Part shown: one piece after another, positions 17,801-27,800 of the stretch | Numbering within the stretch: position 1 is the stretch's first letter | Layout of the letters: every line of letters begins with the position of its first letter | From: a virus | Taxonomy: Duplodnaviria > Caudoviricetes | Reading direction: 5' to 3' (one strand) | Virus record (IMG/VR): IMGVR_UViG_3300037506_000199 | Location: 1-50,488 of that record | Length of the DNA stretch: 50,488 bases | The notes under the pieces: model-generated | Told to the model about the DNA's origin: nothing | The model's input: only the letters and a program-made list of their open reading frames with translations | Databases searched by the model: none | Made by a program: the position numbers and the translations under genes

Positions 17801-18579
17801 TCGAACCGCGCCTCGTGTATTTGACATTCCCCAATGATACGGCACATTATCCCGATGGGGCCTGGTTGGAAATTGAATGTGCACCGGAAGGTGGACAAAT
17901 CCTAAGCGCATGGTGCGAAAACAATGGCGTGCTGGAAGCTTGTACCCATGGTATTCCGACGCCCAATGATTATGACACGGCAATCGTGGATTGCCGGCAC
18001 TTGGAGTTTTGGGACACGGCTAGCAGCACGTGGGTGCGACAATACCGGGCGCGTTCATACAAATATGGCATGTGGATTACTTGCGTACCGGGCGGACAGG
18101 GGATTTCCGGGTTGGTGATTTACTTGCTGAGCGCGGCCACGTCGTTCGTGTCGGTGAATCCCTTATGCGACGACAAGGGGTTCCGGGCAGTGATTAGCAG
18201 CGTCAATGCGGTATTGACCGATGGCGAGGGTGTGCCCATCCCCAACAATGCATGTTGTGATAATTTCATGCGGATTCCAATGCAAAAGGACATGGGATGC
18301 CGTAGCGAGGCACCAGATATTCCCATAATTGGCTTGAATAGTGGGCCGGGAGGGGGTACCAATACATGCAAGGAATGTGCCAATCAAGGTGCGGGCTTGC
18401 ATATGTTTGGCGGTTGTCCATGTAATTGGATTGTTTCCAGTGGTGGCAATTGCACGGTGGGTCAGGCAAATTGTGGAGCTTCGCCATTTCCCACAGAAAC
18501 AAGTCAAGGATGCTGCGAGCATGAAGAGAATCAGGTGTTTTTTGATTTCGAGTGGCCCTTCGTTGTGGAGCCTGCGTGA
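14818..18579 (+). CDS. Large fibre-like protein with 24-aa tandem repeats and Cys-rich C-terminal half
   Basis: 1253 aa; FTA(T/V)V(A/G)AQAPGxTAAATATFSPPV repeats; dense Cys after ~aa 630. Confidence 0.75.
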   Translation: MMSITRPHHALPGQPYGSFAGRGNAYNATVAANGPGAQAAIAATSTPPVFTATVAAQTPGVTAAAAATYSPPVFTAVVGAQAPGATAAATATFSPPVFSAVVGAQAPGATAAATATFSPPVFTATVGAQAPGETAAAAATFSPPVFTAVVGAQAPGETAAATATFSPPVFTATVAAQAPGVTASATATFTPAAFTATVAAQAPGETAAATATFSPPVFTAVVGAQAPGVTAAATATFSPPVFTAVVAAQAPGETAAAAATFSPPVFTATVAAQAPGVTAAAAATFSPPVFTAVVGAQAPGVTVSATATFSPPVFTAAVAAQAPGETAAATATFSMLSVANVVAVAPGVQAAIMATVDNPPVPTGTGMFQTTAFYQRGNAALSLGPFASPPAPAVVAPLTGEAMTRDPNLSRWRDIVLDPCNRTAQNRNTAAIRDALEAIVDNLPEEQQPTETGGDALIFFQVNEDAVGEAFTAVTEMIYNGTTGEWEPTGAAYTAYDWTPSQAWRTNFRGGFFGVGRINTNVAADALEVLALEGLARFIEVTLNENMGATTNKQAEATVQVYWGDATNGRDPGTTVIIHDVTNMAPQRLQDENALAIWDDKRGAYVMIAPWDGLQAPGQAAIVKVLGGDASKGCNDNVKPDQFCVHTGKVQNISLAGEFCTEKFTDGAPVWILDARSCHTNNRLNMHERYVAVSMGLTWDPDPNGPDTDERYLYVVVDYAPALRWFKILNDASTLAFTIPETNELKCRSHDCGGPQPDDAPSTWAKWVDIDPCTRQETTLDNTPTLIYFPMHRARCKAVEEQTEAEKCKNEDANPKCRHDKFVLAFWNPIAERWDAMADVGDCAQDEEVALIIVCDGEADPDCCVFDALKISVYPRGDSYCDPVKERTPVWVRCTNGQLALTDGYCELGVKICNAFTCKNERRPMYMFQCGQCDVCRCPDYGSPIRFTLRVANPAGPCGYLDGISGEALCLDSNPFINNPPPGAGWYAVFDVEGVEPRLVYLTFPNDTAHYPDGAWLEIECAPEGGQILSAWCENNGVLEACTHGIPTPNDYDTAIVDCRHLEFWDTASSTWVRQYRARSYKYGMWITCVPGGQGISGLVIYLLSAATSFVSVNPLCDDKGFRAVISSVNAVLTDGEGVPIPNNACCDNFMRIPMQKDMGCRSEAPDIPIIGLNSGPGGGTNTCKECANQGAGLHMFGGCPCNWIVSSGGNCTVGQANCGASPFPTETSQGCCEHEENQVFFDFEWPFVVEPA
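14890..15900 (+). repeat. 72-bp coding tandem repeat (12 conserved + 2 degenerate units)
   Basis: 72-nt period visible in DNA and protein. Confidence 0.9.
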
Positions 18580-18854
18580 TGACTTGCTGTGGCGAAACAG
18601 CGCCACGACGGCAGCGTGATAGAACGTTGTCAACGGTGGCCGTGCCGCGCACAATAACACCAATAAGTCATGATACAGTCATGGCTGTTGTGGTGCGAAT
18701 GCAGGAAGCAACGCGCCTAATCGGAGCGTCTGGCAAGGATTATGGAATGGTACAACAAGGTGTCGTGTTACCAATGCTGCTGGCGGACATGCAAGCGGAT
18801 GTACGTGTGGCCAAGGCCACCCAGGAGACACTGCGATTAGCACGTTTGAAATGA
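18579..18854 (+). CDS. Hypothetical protein
   Basis: Coupled start (TGATG), MTCCGETAPRR... Confidence 0.55.
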   Translation: MTCCGETAPRRQRDRTLSTVAVPRTITPISHDTVMAVVVRMQEATRLIGASGKDYGMVQQGVVLPMLLADMQADVRVAKATQETLRLARLK

Positions 18855-19144
18855 TCGTGTTGGCCTTGGCCGTGGCCCGAGTGACACGGCTAATGATGTA
18901 TGAACATGGACCCAAGGCGATTCTGTGGCATATCAGGAATCGTATTGGGGCACATGCAGAAACAGTACCAGCCGGAAGCTGGGCGGAATTATGGAATTGT
19001 CGATGGTGTTTAAGTTTTTGGGTATCTATTGTAATCGTGTTGTGTTTCTGGTGGTCCAGAACAGTCACAATCACTGTGTGTCTAGTGCTGGCCATCAATG
19101 TCATGGCAGCGATCATTGTCAAGTGGACCGAAGATGCGATGTGA
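18851..19144 (+). CDS. Small membrane protein (DUF1360-like)
   Basis: LAVARVTRL...GP...R...ELWNCRWCLSFWV pattern plus TM segments. Confidence 0.65.
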   Translation: MIVLALAVARVTRLMMYEHGPKAILWHIRNRIGAHAETVPAGSWAELWNCRWCLSFWVSIVIVLCFWWSRTVTITVCLVLAINVMAAIIVKWTEDAM

Positions 19145-19415
19145 TTACATCCAGCTACATCGAAAAGGCGATTTGTACAAACATCGCTGCATCCGCTGTG
19201 GCCGGGAAACGAATTGGACAATGACCGGTCAAAATCCTTATGCTCTTTGCAAGCGCAAAGGCTGTGGCGATAAGATCGAGACGTTGCTGAGGTGGCTGCG
19301 CATCCGACCAAGATGTGGGAGCTGTCAGCGACGCAAAAATGTATTGAATGAAATAGACCGTTATCTCTACCGTTTTCTGCGAGGTCCACGTGATGCCAAA
19401 TACACTGTACCGTAA
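19134..19415 (+). CDS. Small Cys-rich (Zn-binding) protein
   Basis: CIRCG...GCGDKIE...CGSCQRRKNVLN. Confidence 0.55.
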   Translation: MRCDYIQLHRKGDLYKHRCIRCGRETNWTMTGQNPYALCKRKGCGDKIETLLRWLRIRPRCGSCQRRKNVLNEIDRYLYRFLRGPRDAKYTVP

Positions 19416-20337
19416 ATTCAAGCAGCGGACCTTGTTCCGGCCATTGCAGGGTGGTTGGCAGGTGATTCCGTCAGTCAGTCGTTACGGAGGTGGCTTGATT
19501 GGCTCTTTCCAGCAAGCCATCGACAAGGCCAATGCAGCCAACGAACGGCGTTACCAACAAATCCTCTCAGGCTACAATGACTTGGCGAAACGAACCCAGG
19601 CCAATGTGGCCGGACTTGGTCAGGCACAGCTCGCGGACATCAACCGCGAATATGCCAATGCAGGCGCAAATGTTTACAACACCTTGGTTAACAGGGGGTT
19701 CGGCAACAGTTCGCTGCCGGTGACCATGCAGCAGGGGGTCATGCGGGGCCGTGCCCAAGAGGTGGGCCGACTTAATGAGCAGCTCGCTCGGCTGCGAGCC
19801 GAGTACGATATGGCGATCACTCAGGGAAAGTTAGGGGCTATCGAGCGCCGCAGCGACATCGGACCGGACTATGGCCAGTTGGTACAGTTGGCTCAGGCCA
19901 TGGGCCGAGGCGGCTACGGAAGCGGTGGTTACGGTGGTTATGGAGGCGGTTACCCAAGTGGCTATGGAGGTGGTGGTGGAATGTTTATGTCTCCGCTGGG
20001 GTACGGTGGCGATTACTGGCAGAACATCTGGAACAATGCCTACCAGAACGCCATGTACTGGGCGACCTACCGACCGCCCGGTATGTTTCCCTACACGCCA
20101 CGGGCCAATGTGCGAGCGCAAATGGCCAGATATGCCAAGTACGGACCGTTCGGTGTGGGCGGTCTGAAGTCCAGATTGGCTGCGTCGCCGGCACCTTCAG
20201 GTCGGCGAGCGAATTATAACATGGGCACGGTGGCCCCGTATCTCAATCGCTTCGGTCAGTGGCTGGGTGGTGCCAACATGGGCTTGGCTTCGGGACTGGC
20301 CCGGTTGGCTGCAAATACTGCAAGAATCGGTTTCTAA
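19393..20337 (+). CDS. Putative internal virion/ejection protein
   Basis: Gln/Ala helical N-half, Gly-Tyr-rich segment; lies ahead of large ejection-type genes. Confidence 0.55.
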   Translation: MPNTLYRKFKQRTLFRPLQGGWQVIPSVSRYGGGLIGSFQQAIDKANAANERRYQQILSGYNDLAKRTQANVAGLGQAQLADINREYANAGANVYNTLVNRGFGNSSLPVTMQQGVMRGRAQEVGRLNEQLARLRAEYDMAITQGKLGAIERRSDIGPDYGQLVQLAQAMGRGGYGSGGYGGYGGGYPSGYGGGGGMFMSPLGYGGDYWQNIWNNAYQNAMYWATYRPPGMFPYTPRANVRAQMARYAKYGPFGVGGLKSRLAASPAPSGRRANYNMGTVAPYLNRFGQWLGGANMGLASGLARLAANTARIGF

Positions 20338-20472
20338 AAGACCAGGTATGCCTAGGTATGTTTATGCCCAGGAAATGAAGGAGAGAAAACAAAGAGGTTT
20401 GCCACCAGTTGATTATCGTCAATGGTTGTGGGAGTTCTCTCAAGCGAATAAACCAGGTTGGAGATAACACAC

Positions 20473-20832
20473 ATGTTTCTTTATCCGCAAATGGACCCCG
20501 GTGTATTCAATCCGTTGCAAGCATTTCATACATTGCTGCGCACTAATGCTCCAGCTGGATATCCCAATACGGGGTGGGGTCAGCCCAGTCCCTGGGCGAT
20601 GCCATACATGGGTGGTATGCGTCCTCCCTTTATGGGATGGACTCCGTACTTGCGCAATTACGGATCGCCATTGCGCATGCAGATCACTGCGCCGCCACGT
20701 TTGGGACCGTTGCGCGGCGCGGGGTGGATGTATGGTAGTCCAGTAAGACGACAAAACCAAGGCTTTGCGCATTGGCGCGGACTGAGGCCATTCGGTTTTG
20801 GCATGTACGCCAATCAGATGTTGTCGAGGTAG
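20473..20832 (+). CDS. Pro/Gly/Met-rich hypothetical protein
   Basis: GGAG RBS; low-complexity ORF filling the gap. Confidence 0.5.
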   Translation: MFLYPQMDPGVFNPLQAFHTLLRTNAPAGYPNTGWGQPSPWAMPYMGGMRPPFMGWTPYLRNYGSPLRMQITAPPRLGPLRGAGWMYGSPVRRQNQGFAHWRGLRPFGFGMYANQMLSR

Positions 20833-20835
20833 GTT

Positions 20836-21855
20836 ATGCCGATTGTTGTGACTCACAATCCAGATATTGGTTTACTGGCACGAGCTGGGTACGTGGCAGG
20901 TTATGGCGAATTCTTGCAGCGGCAACAAGAATTAGCGCAGCGCGAACGCATGCAAGAGCGCGCGCTGGCCGCTAATATGTACAGCCAGCAAATAGCACAA
21001 AACGCTGCCATGGAACGCATGTTGGTGGGTGGTCAAATGGAAGCGGACCAACGTGCCTGGGCCATGGAACAAGAAATAAATGCGCGTCGTCAATTGGCAG
21101 AACTGGAAGCGCAAAATCGGCTGGATGTGTTGCAACAGCGCATGGAACGTGATCGGCAAAATAAATTGTTGGAACGTGAAACGGCGGGAAATGCGGATAT
21201 TGTAAAGTTTTTCACCAATCGAGCCGCACAACAAATCGATGATGTGAATGGGCTGTTGGCCGAAGGATATCAGTTCGAGGGTGACGGTGAAAAACAATGG
21301 CGAGATACGATGCAACAGATCGCTCGCTTGCAACAAGATCAGACGTTGAGCCCGATGGCAGCGGCACAGGCTATTTACAACAAAATGGCCGAAGCGACAT
21401 TGCCACGATTAAAGCCGCCGGCGCTACAAGATACGATTCCGGCAAGAATCGCCAAAATTGATACACCGGATGGGCCCGTGTGGGTGTCCCAAGCTCGTGA
21501 TTTGAGCACGATATACACGCCACATCCCAAAAAAGACATACAAACACCACCGGCGCAGATGAGCTATGCGGAATGGATCAATTCGAATCCAGCCGTGTGG
21601 AATCAAGCGGTCAAGATGGCGACAGAAGTATTGACAGTGCAGCCAGAAAAATACACCGAAATGAAAAATGACGAAAAAATAGAACACTTTCATCCAGGAA
21701 AAAAACCAACGCCGGATGAAATAGCGGATGCTGCCACGAAAATTCTGCGACGGATGTGGGAACAAGTACCTCGGGAAGTATCGCCAACGGCGCCATTGGT
21801 GGAAGGCTCTGTGCGACGATACGATGTACATACGGGACAATTATCGACACCATGA
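20836..21855 (+). CDS. Putative internal virion (ejection) coiled-coil protein
   Basis: Gln/Glu/Ala-rich helices. Confidence 0.6.
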   Translation: MPIVVTHNPDIGLLARAGYVAGYGEFLQRQQELAQRERMQERALAANMYSQQIAQNAAMERMLVGGQMEADQRAWAMEQEINARRQLAELEAQNRLDVLQQRMERDRQNKLLERETAGNADIVKFFTNRAAQQIDDVNGLLAEGYQFEGDGEKQWRDTMQQIARLQQDQTLSPMAAAQAIYNKMAEATLPRLKPPALQDTIPARIAKIDTPDGPVWVSQARDLSTIYTPHPKKDIQTPPAQMSYAEWINSNPAVWNQAVKMATEVLTVQPEKYTEMKNDEKIEHFHPGKKPTPDEIADAATKILRRMWEQVPREVSPTAPLVEGSVRRYDVHTGQLSTP

Positions 21856-24800
21856 AAACAGTGCAATTGTCTAACGGACGTGTCATGCAATACCCAGATG
21901 ACTGGGATTGGGACCGTATAAAAGCCGACTTGGATCGGCAATATCCAGAGGCAGGGCGCAAAAGCCAGTTAGCAACGGCTGCCGTTTCTGCTCAGTATCC
22001 GCAACCGAATGAAGCTGATATGTTCTCCATGGACAAGGGACCGCTGGACACGTATGGTCCCATGCGCGAAGGTTATGGGCGCACGGTTATGGCGCCACCA
22101 CAGGCAGCTGATCCGTTAACGGAGATGTATCGGCAACAACGGATCGAGGCGGGATTGGAACGGCTCAAATATGGCCGGGAGATTGGGTCAATTGAGTGGC
22201 CAAAATATGACGTTAAGGACATGTCGCCATTCGAGACGGCCGCCGTCGAGGCATTGAGTTTGCTGGGCAATCATGGCGAAGAACTCGATGCGCTGCCCGA
22301 GACATATTTAGGTCGTGCGGAAAACCCGCGACACGTGCGATTGGCTGCGTATCTCAAACGCATGCAAGAGCGGCAAGGCGATCCAGAAACGGATTGGGTG
22401 AATTATTTCGGCGAAAAAATGCCGTTGGCCTTGCCGGCCTTGATGGCGGGTAGTCCTCCCGCGGCGGCGGCGGGAGTATTGGCTTCCCCGATCGTGAAAA
22501 TCATGAATATGCGCCGGGTGCGTCATGCCGCCGAACGATACGTGCAAGACAAAGCATCCGACGAGGACTTGATCACGTTGGCCTTCGCGATTCGGGAACA
22601 GCAGCGGTTGTCGAAGCAGGGCATGCTTCGTCGAGCGCTGGATGTTAGCGCGGAAATGCCACAGTTTGCCACCGAAGTCATGGTGCCTTATTCCAAGGCG
22701 CTTGGTGCAGGTCGCATGGTGGGACAAGCCACTAGAAGCCTCCGAGCCGTGCCCGTGGCGGGACAGTTGCTACGCGGAACGGCCAAGTGGAGTGGCGCCG
22801 AGTTTGTCGGCAAGATGGCGGCTCGGGGCGCCGCCACAGCGGCCTGGAATCCTCAGCGCGTGCTGGAATTCGCGGAAGCCAGGCGATTGTATGAGAATGA
22901 AGACCAGACTAAGGCGCTGTTGAAGGGATTTGCCGATGCCACCATTGAGTATGGCTCGGAAACATTTGGACAATTACTGCCTCGTTCCACCGTGATCAAA
23001 GGGCTCACGAAATGGCTAAAAACCAAGGGCCGATTTGCCAACATGACACCATTCGAGTTTCGCAAGGCGATGAATCGGGCGGGTTTGCAAGGCGTGCTCA
23101 TGGAGATTGCTGAGGAACAGGTCGCCAGTCTGGCTCGTGGATTAACCGTTACGCCTGGTGATTTCGGTAAATGGTCAGCGAATACGTGGGGTGAGACCAT
23201 CGGCCAGTTGATGGAAGAATTTCTTGTTTTCTTGCCCTTGGCTGGTGTTGGCGCGATGGCCCAATTAGGAACCACGCGAAAAGAATGGTTGGCGATAGCA
23301 GAGGCACGCATGCAGGCGCGCGCGGCGAAGGAAGCCGAGCAGTATTTTGCTGAATTGGAAACAGCTGAACCAGCAGCTGAACCAGCAGCTGAACCAACAG
23401 CTGAACCAGCAGTAACGCCAACTGAGATACCGATCGAGACGCCAAGCGAAGCACCGAAGGAGCAACTTGCAGAAACTGGAGTTTTGGATCGCATTGATGT
23501 CACGCCAGAGGAAATTCTGGATCAGGCGCCCGGAATGGCCGAGCAATTGCTGGAGGCGGAGGAAACGTCGCTGCGCGGGCAAGTGAGTCGTAAGCAATTT
23601 GCGGATATTACTGGTATACGTAACCAAACATTCGAACAACATCCACGCGCCGGCGCTTATCGCCAATTGATTAGTGATACCGTGCAGCTAGCCCGCGCGC
23701 GGGCTGAACAGGCGCAAGTCGAGGCCACGACAGGCGCAGCGACACAAGTGGAGGAAAGCCAGTCGGTCAGCGACCAAGCCGCATCAAGCGAGTTAACACC
23801 CGAAGAAGTGCGGGAAGATATGGAGACTCTGTACAACCACTTGGCCGAGAAAATGGGGCACCCGCCAGTAGTGTCAAGGCAGCTACAACCACGGCATTAC
23901 AAAACCAAGCGTCTGGCACAGCGGCTGGGAGTGCAGGTGGAATTTTTTGAAGCATCTGAAGAACAAATAACACCCGACATTGCTGAGCAGGGGAGGGGTG
24001 TGACGTTGAAAAGAGGGCGATTGCTGATGTTGCCAGGACATCAGACAACGGCCCAAAACGAACAAGTCCTGTTGGCACATGAACTGGCACGTGCCGGCGA
24101 AAGGGACAGGGGATGGGAACAGTTTGATCCCGAGCTAATTACACAATACGAGAAAGTGAGACCTACCAGGACGCGAGCGCAACGAACGGCTTATTTGGCG
24201 AAAGATCCAGAAGAGAAGCGCCACGAAACTATGGCTAGCCTGATACATGAGTTTATGCAAAACCCGGATTTGCGCCGGCAGTTGTGGGCAGAGAATCGCG
24301 CGGCCTGGGATTATATCATGACGGGTTTGCGCCAAGCGGTCGGTGCCAAAAACGAATGGAGCAAAGCGACACAACAAATGCTTGATCTGTTTGTGGCGGA
24401 GCGGGGGGAATGGCAACAGCTCCAAGCTAAAATGGAAATTGACGCTGCCAATCGGCCCGAAGAGGAACCCAATGGGCAATGGGGCGCGGAGGAAGAGGAT
24501 AAAAAAAAAGCAAGCGTTGAACCAGATGCCAGTGGCCAGACCGGACCCATGGGAATGCCGCTTAAACGTCCACCAAGCACCGTCTTTACCATGGATATGC
24601 CAATGACATTGACGGGTCCGCCGCCTAAGCATCGCATCTGTACTGTGCCACAAATTTTTCGACAATTACATCGCATCGCCGCGGCGGTCGGATCAAATGC
24701 TCAATTTCGCTTTGGTCTCATGGGCCGATTAGGGAAAAGATTCAAAGGCTGGTACCATCCTGCGTTGGATACTGCTCGGTTGCGCGATGTGGGCGATATA

Positions 24801-27800
24801 CCGGCCGCTGCGCATGAATTAGGTCATGCAGTGGATTGGCATTACTTTGTCACTGGACCAATTGCAGGCAAGGCAGAGGACTTTGATGCGCAATGGCGAG
24901 CAAAACTTGGTAATGGGGCGGCCGATGAACTAGAGGCCGCTGGACATGCGCGCTACACGGACCTTTCCCGGCCACCTGCTGGTGGTTATCTGCGCGAAGG
25001 CTTTGCTGAATTCGTGCGTGTTTATTTAACCAATCCAGAGCAGCTGCCAACGTTGTTTCCCACGATGACGCCGTGGTTCGAAACACAGGCACAAGGTGCG
25101 TTGTTGAAGGAAATGCGGAAGGGGCAACGCATGATCACAGAGTATCGTACCAGTGGTGCTTGGGCGCGCGACGAAGCGGCGCGCGTCAATCCGCATAGCG
25201 CGCGTTATAAACTCCAGAAAATAACATCGTATTTCCGTAGCACGAAACTAATGGAGGACTGGATTGAGGTATTTTATCCGCTCAAGTTGATGGATGCCAT
25301 GGCGGACGAATACCGGCGCAAGCGTGGGCTGCCGCCACGAGCGTGGAATGAACGTCTCTACGAAACCGCGAAGTATACGCGCGGTATGGGTGCGTCATGG
25401 ACACATTTCGCCAAGCGATTCGGACCTATTGACATTGATGGCAAACCGATGGATGCACGGCCCTTGCAAGATGTCAGTCAGTACGTGCATTGGGATGAAG
25501 CGGAACATTTCAAGAAATACTTGGCGGCTTGTCGTACCCTGGCAAGGGCCGGACAACCTGTACAAATGCTGCATGAAAGCGAGGAACAGTTTGCCGAGCG
25601 AAGGAAGTTGGCTCAATCCTTGCCGGCTATCGCGACGCACATGGATGTAGCGGACGCGGCTCAACTAGTAAAAGACGCAGAAGCGTTTTTTGATCAACGA
25701 AAGGAGCTGCATCCACACGGCAAGGACGATCTTAGGGCGGCCGCTGAAATTTATTGGCGCTTTCGGAATGCTGTGCTGACGTATTGCGGTCAAGTTAGCG
25801 AAACCGCGCGAAGAGATATCGAGTTGGTACAACAACTCGATCCCGGCAACTATATTGGCATTGCGTTTCAGCCCGATGAAGAATTTGATCCACATATGCG
25901 CGGTGGCAAAGGGGGTAGTTCCGTGACCACTGGTGCAATCGTCAAGCGCCAGCGTGGCTATCGTGGACAGGTGACGGATTTGTTGGAAGCGTCCTTCAAG
26001 GCAATGCAGCGCCAAGTGGACTCGGCCTGGCGTATGCGATTGGCGGAACAAGTGGCTCGCATCGCCAGTGTGGATGACATTAGCGGCGTTGGTAAATGGA
26101 TCGAACCCGTGGAACGGGCGATGGAAATGAAATACAAGACCGTCAAGGAAGAACTGCTCAAGCGCATTCACAAAGATTTAGTCGTGCGGGATCAAGACGG
26201 CAATGTCATTGATACGCTGCCAAACATATTGGAGGAACTACATATTGGCAAAGCGAGTCTGGCGATTGATGATCACGTCAACCAAATGGTTGAATTTTGG
26301 GCACCGGCACGGGACTATCGGGGACACCGGCCAGTCGTAATTATCAACGTGCCCATCAAGGACGTGAATGGTAAGGTGATCGGCAAGGAACCAAAATGGT
26401 TTTATGTGAATCCCGCTTTGCATCGGATTTTGGTTAGTCCAGATGCCACATGGCATCCTTATGGCAATGCGTTCGTGGATGGCATGTTGGGTATCATGCG
26501 CGCGATTGCCAAGGTGTGGAAATTCAGCACAGTGGGCATTCGACCTGCCTTCAATTTAATTCGCAACCCGGTCAGGGATGTGCGCACATTCTTGTATCAA
26601 ACTACGGACAATAACCCAGCGCGTGCATTATGGTGTTGGGCACAAACACTGGGCAGTGAGACCTATCATTTGTTCACGGAGCAGCCATCGGATTTTCATC
26701 GACTGTTAATGATGTGCGGGGGTATTGCTGGACAGCCATTGACACAAGACGTGCAAGCCTTACGAACCGCGGCCCATGATATTTTTGGCAAGACGCGCGC
26801 CTATTATCTTGATTGGCACAACGTGGGCAAAATCCTCAAGGATGGCTTTTCGGAAGTTGTGGATAGATTGCAGTTTATGGAGCGCGTGCCGAGAATCGCA
26901 GAACTGAAAATGCGCGTGCAACGCTATAATCGCCATGGCATGCTGCGACAAACAGGGGAAGCGGCTTGGCAATTCGGTGATCCAACCACCTTGGAGATGT
27001 TGAAGGATTTGCGATTAGCATCCAGTGAGATCACCATTGATTTTCTAGCGGGAGGACGAATTACGCAAAGCTGGAATGCTTACATGCCATTTTTTAACGT
27101 GGCGTTCCAATCAAAACGCACGACATGGCGGGTATTTCATCGTGATCCACAGAGATTCATTAAGTATTTGAGCATTTATGCTGCTTATGTGTTGGGCATG
27201 TGGTATTTGCACAAGGATGATGAGGATTACAAGGAAGCGGACAATCGAAAATACTTGTACGATCATTTTTTCTTCACGAACCCGGTGACCGGTGAGCGCG
27301 AAGTGTTGATGCTGGCGCGGGATCACGAAATGGGCGTGATGCTGTCGATCCTTGAAGGCTTGGTGGACTCCACGTACCGCAGCATGATCGATAACGAACT
27401 TGATCCAGAGCCGTTCGTGAGGGCCATTGTAACTTATGCGAATTCCTCGTTGCCAAGTCTGGCACCACCGCTGGCGCTGGAAGTATGGGAACAGGGCCGG
27501 AACAAAGACAGTTGGACGGGACGCAAAATTGCTAGCGGGAAGGGGCCACCAGAACAACAATACACGGAATACACAACGGGGGCGGCCATTACCATGGGCC
27601 GCATTCTGGGCGTGTCGCCTGCGCGACTGGATCATGCGATTGAAGGATTATTCGGAGCCACGAGTGTGGACATCCTGCGTTTGTGGACCAACATGGTGGG
27701 CCAGAAACGGACCGTCAAGGATTTTGCTTTGAGCGATATTCCAGTGGCGGGAAGCTTGTTCAAAAAAGGCGGGGCGCTGGGTTATCGCCCGCGCAGTGTG

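Noticed and set aside
18570-18597. GCCTGCGTGATGACTT at a stop/start junction resembling the middle of the CRISPR repeat (13/16)
   Set aside because: 3' half and stem partner are absent; could be chance, retest with a covariance model.
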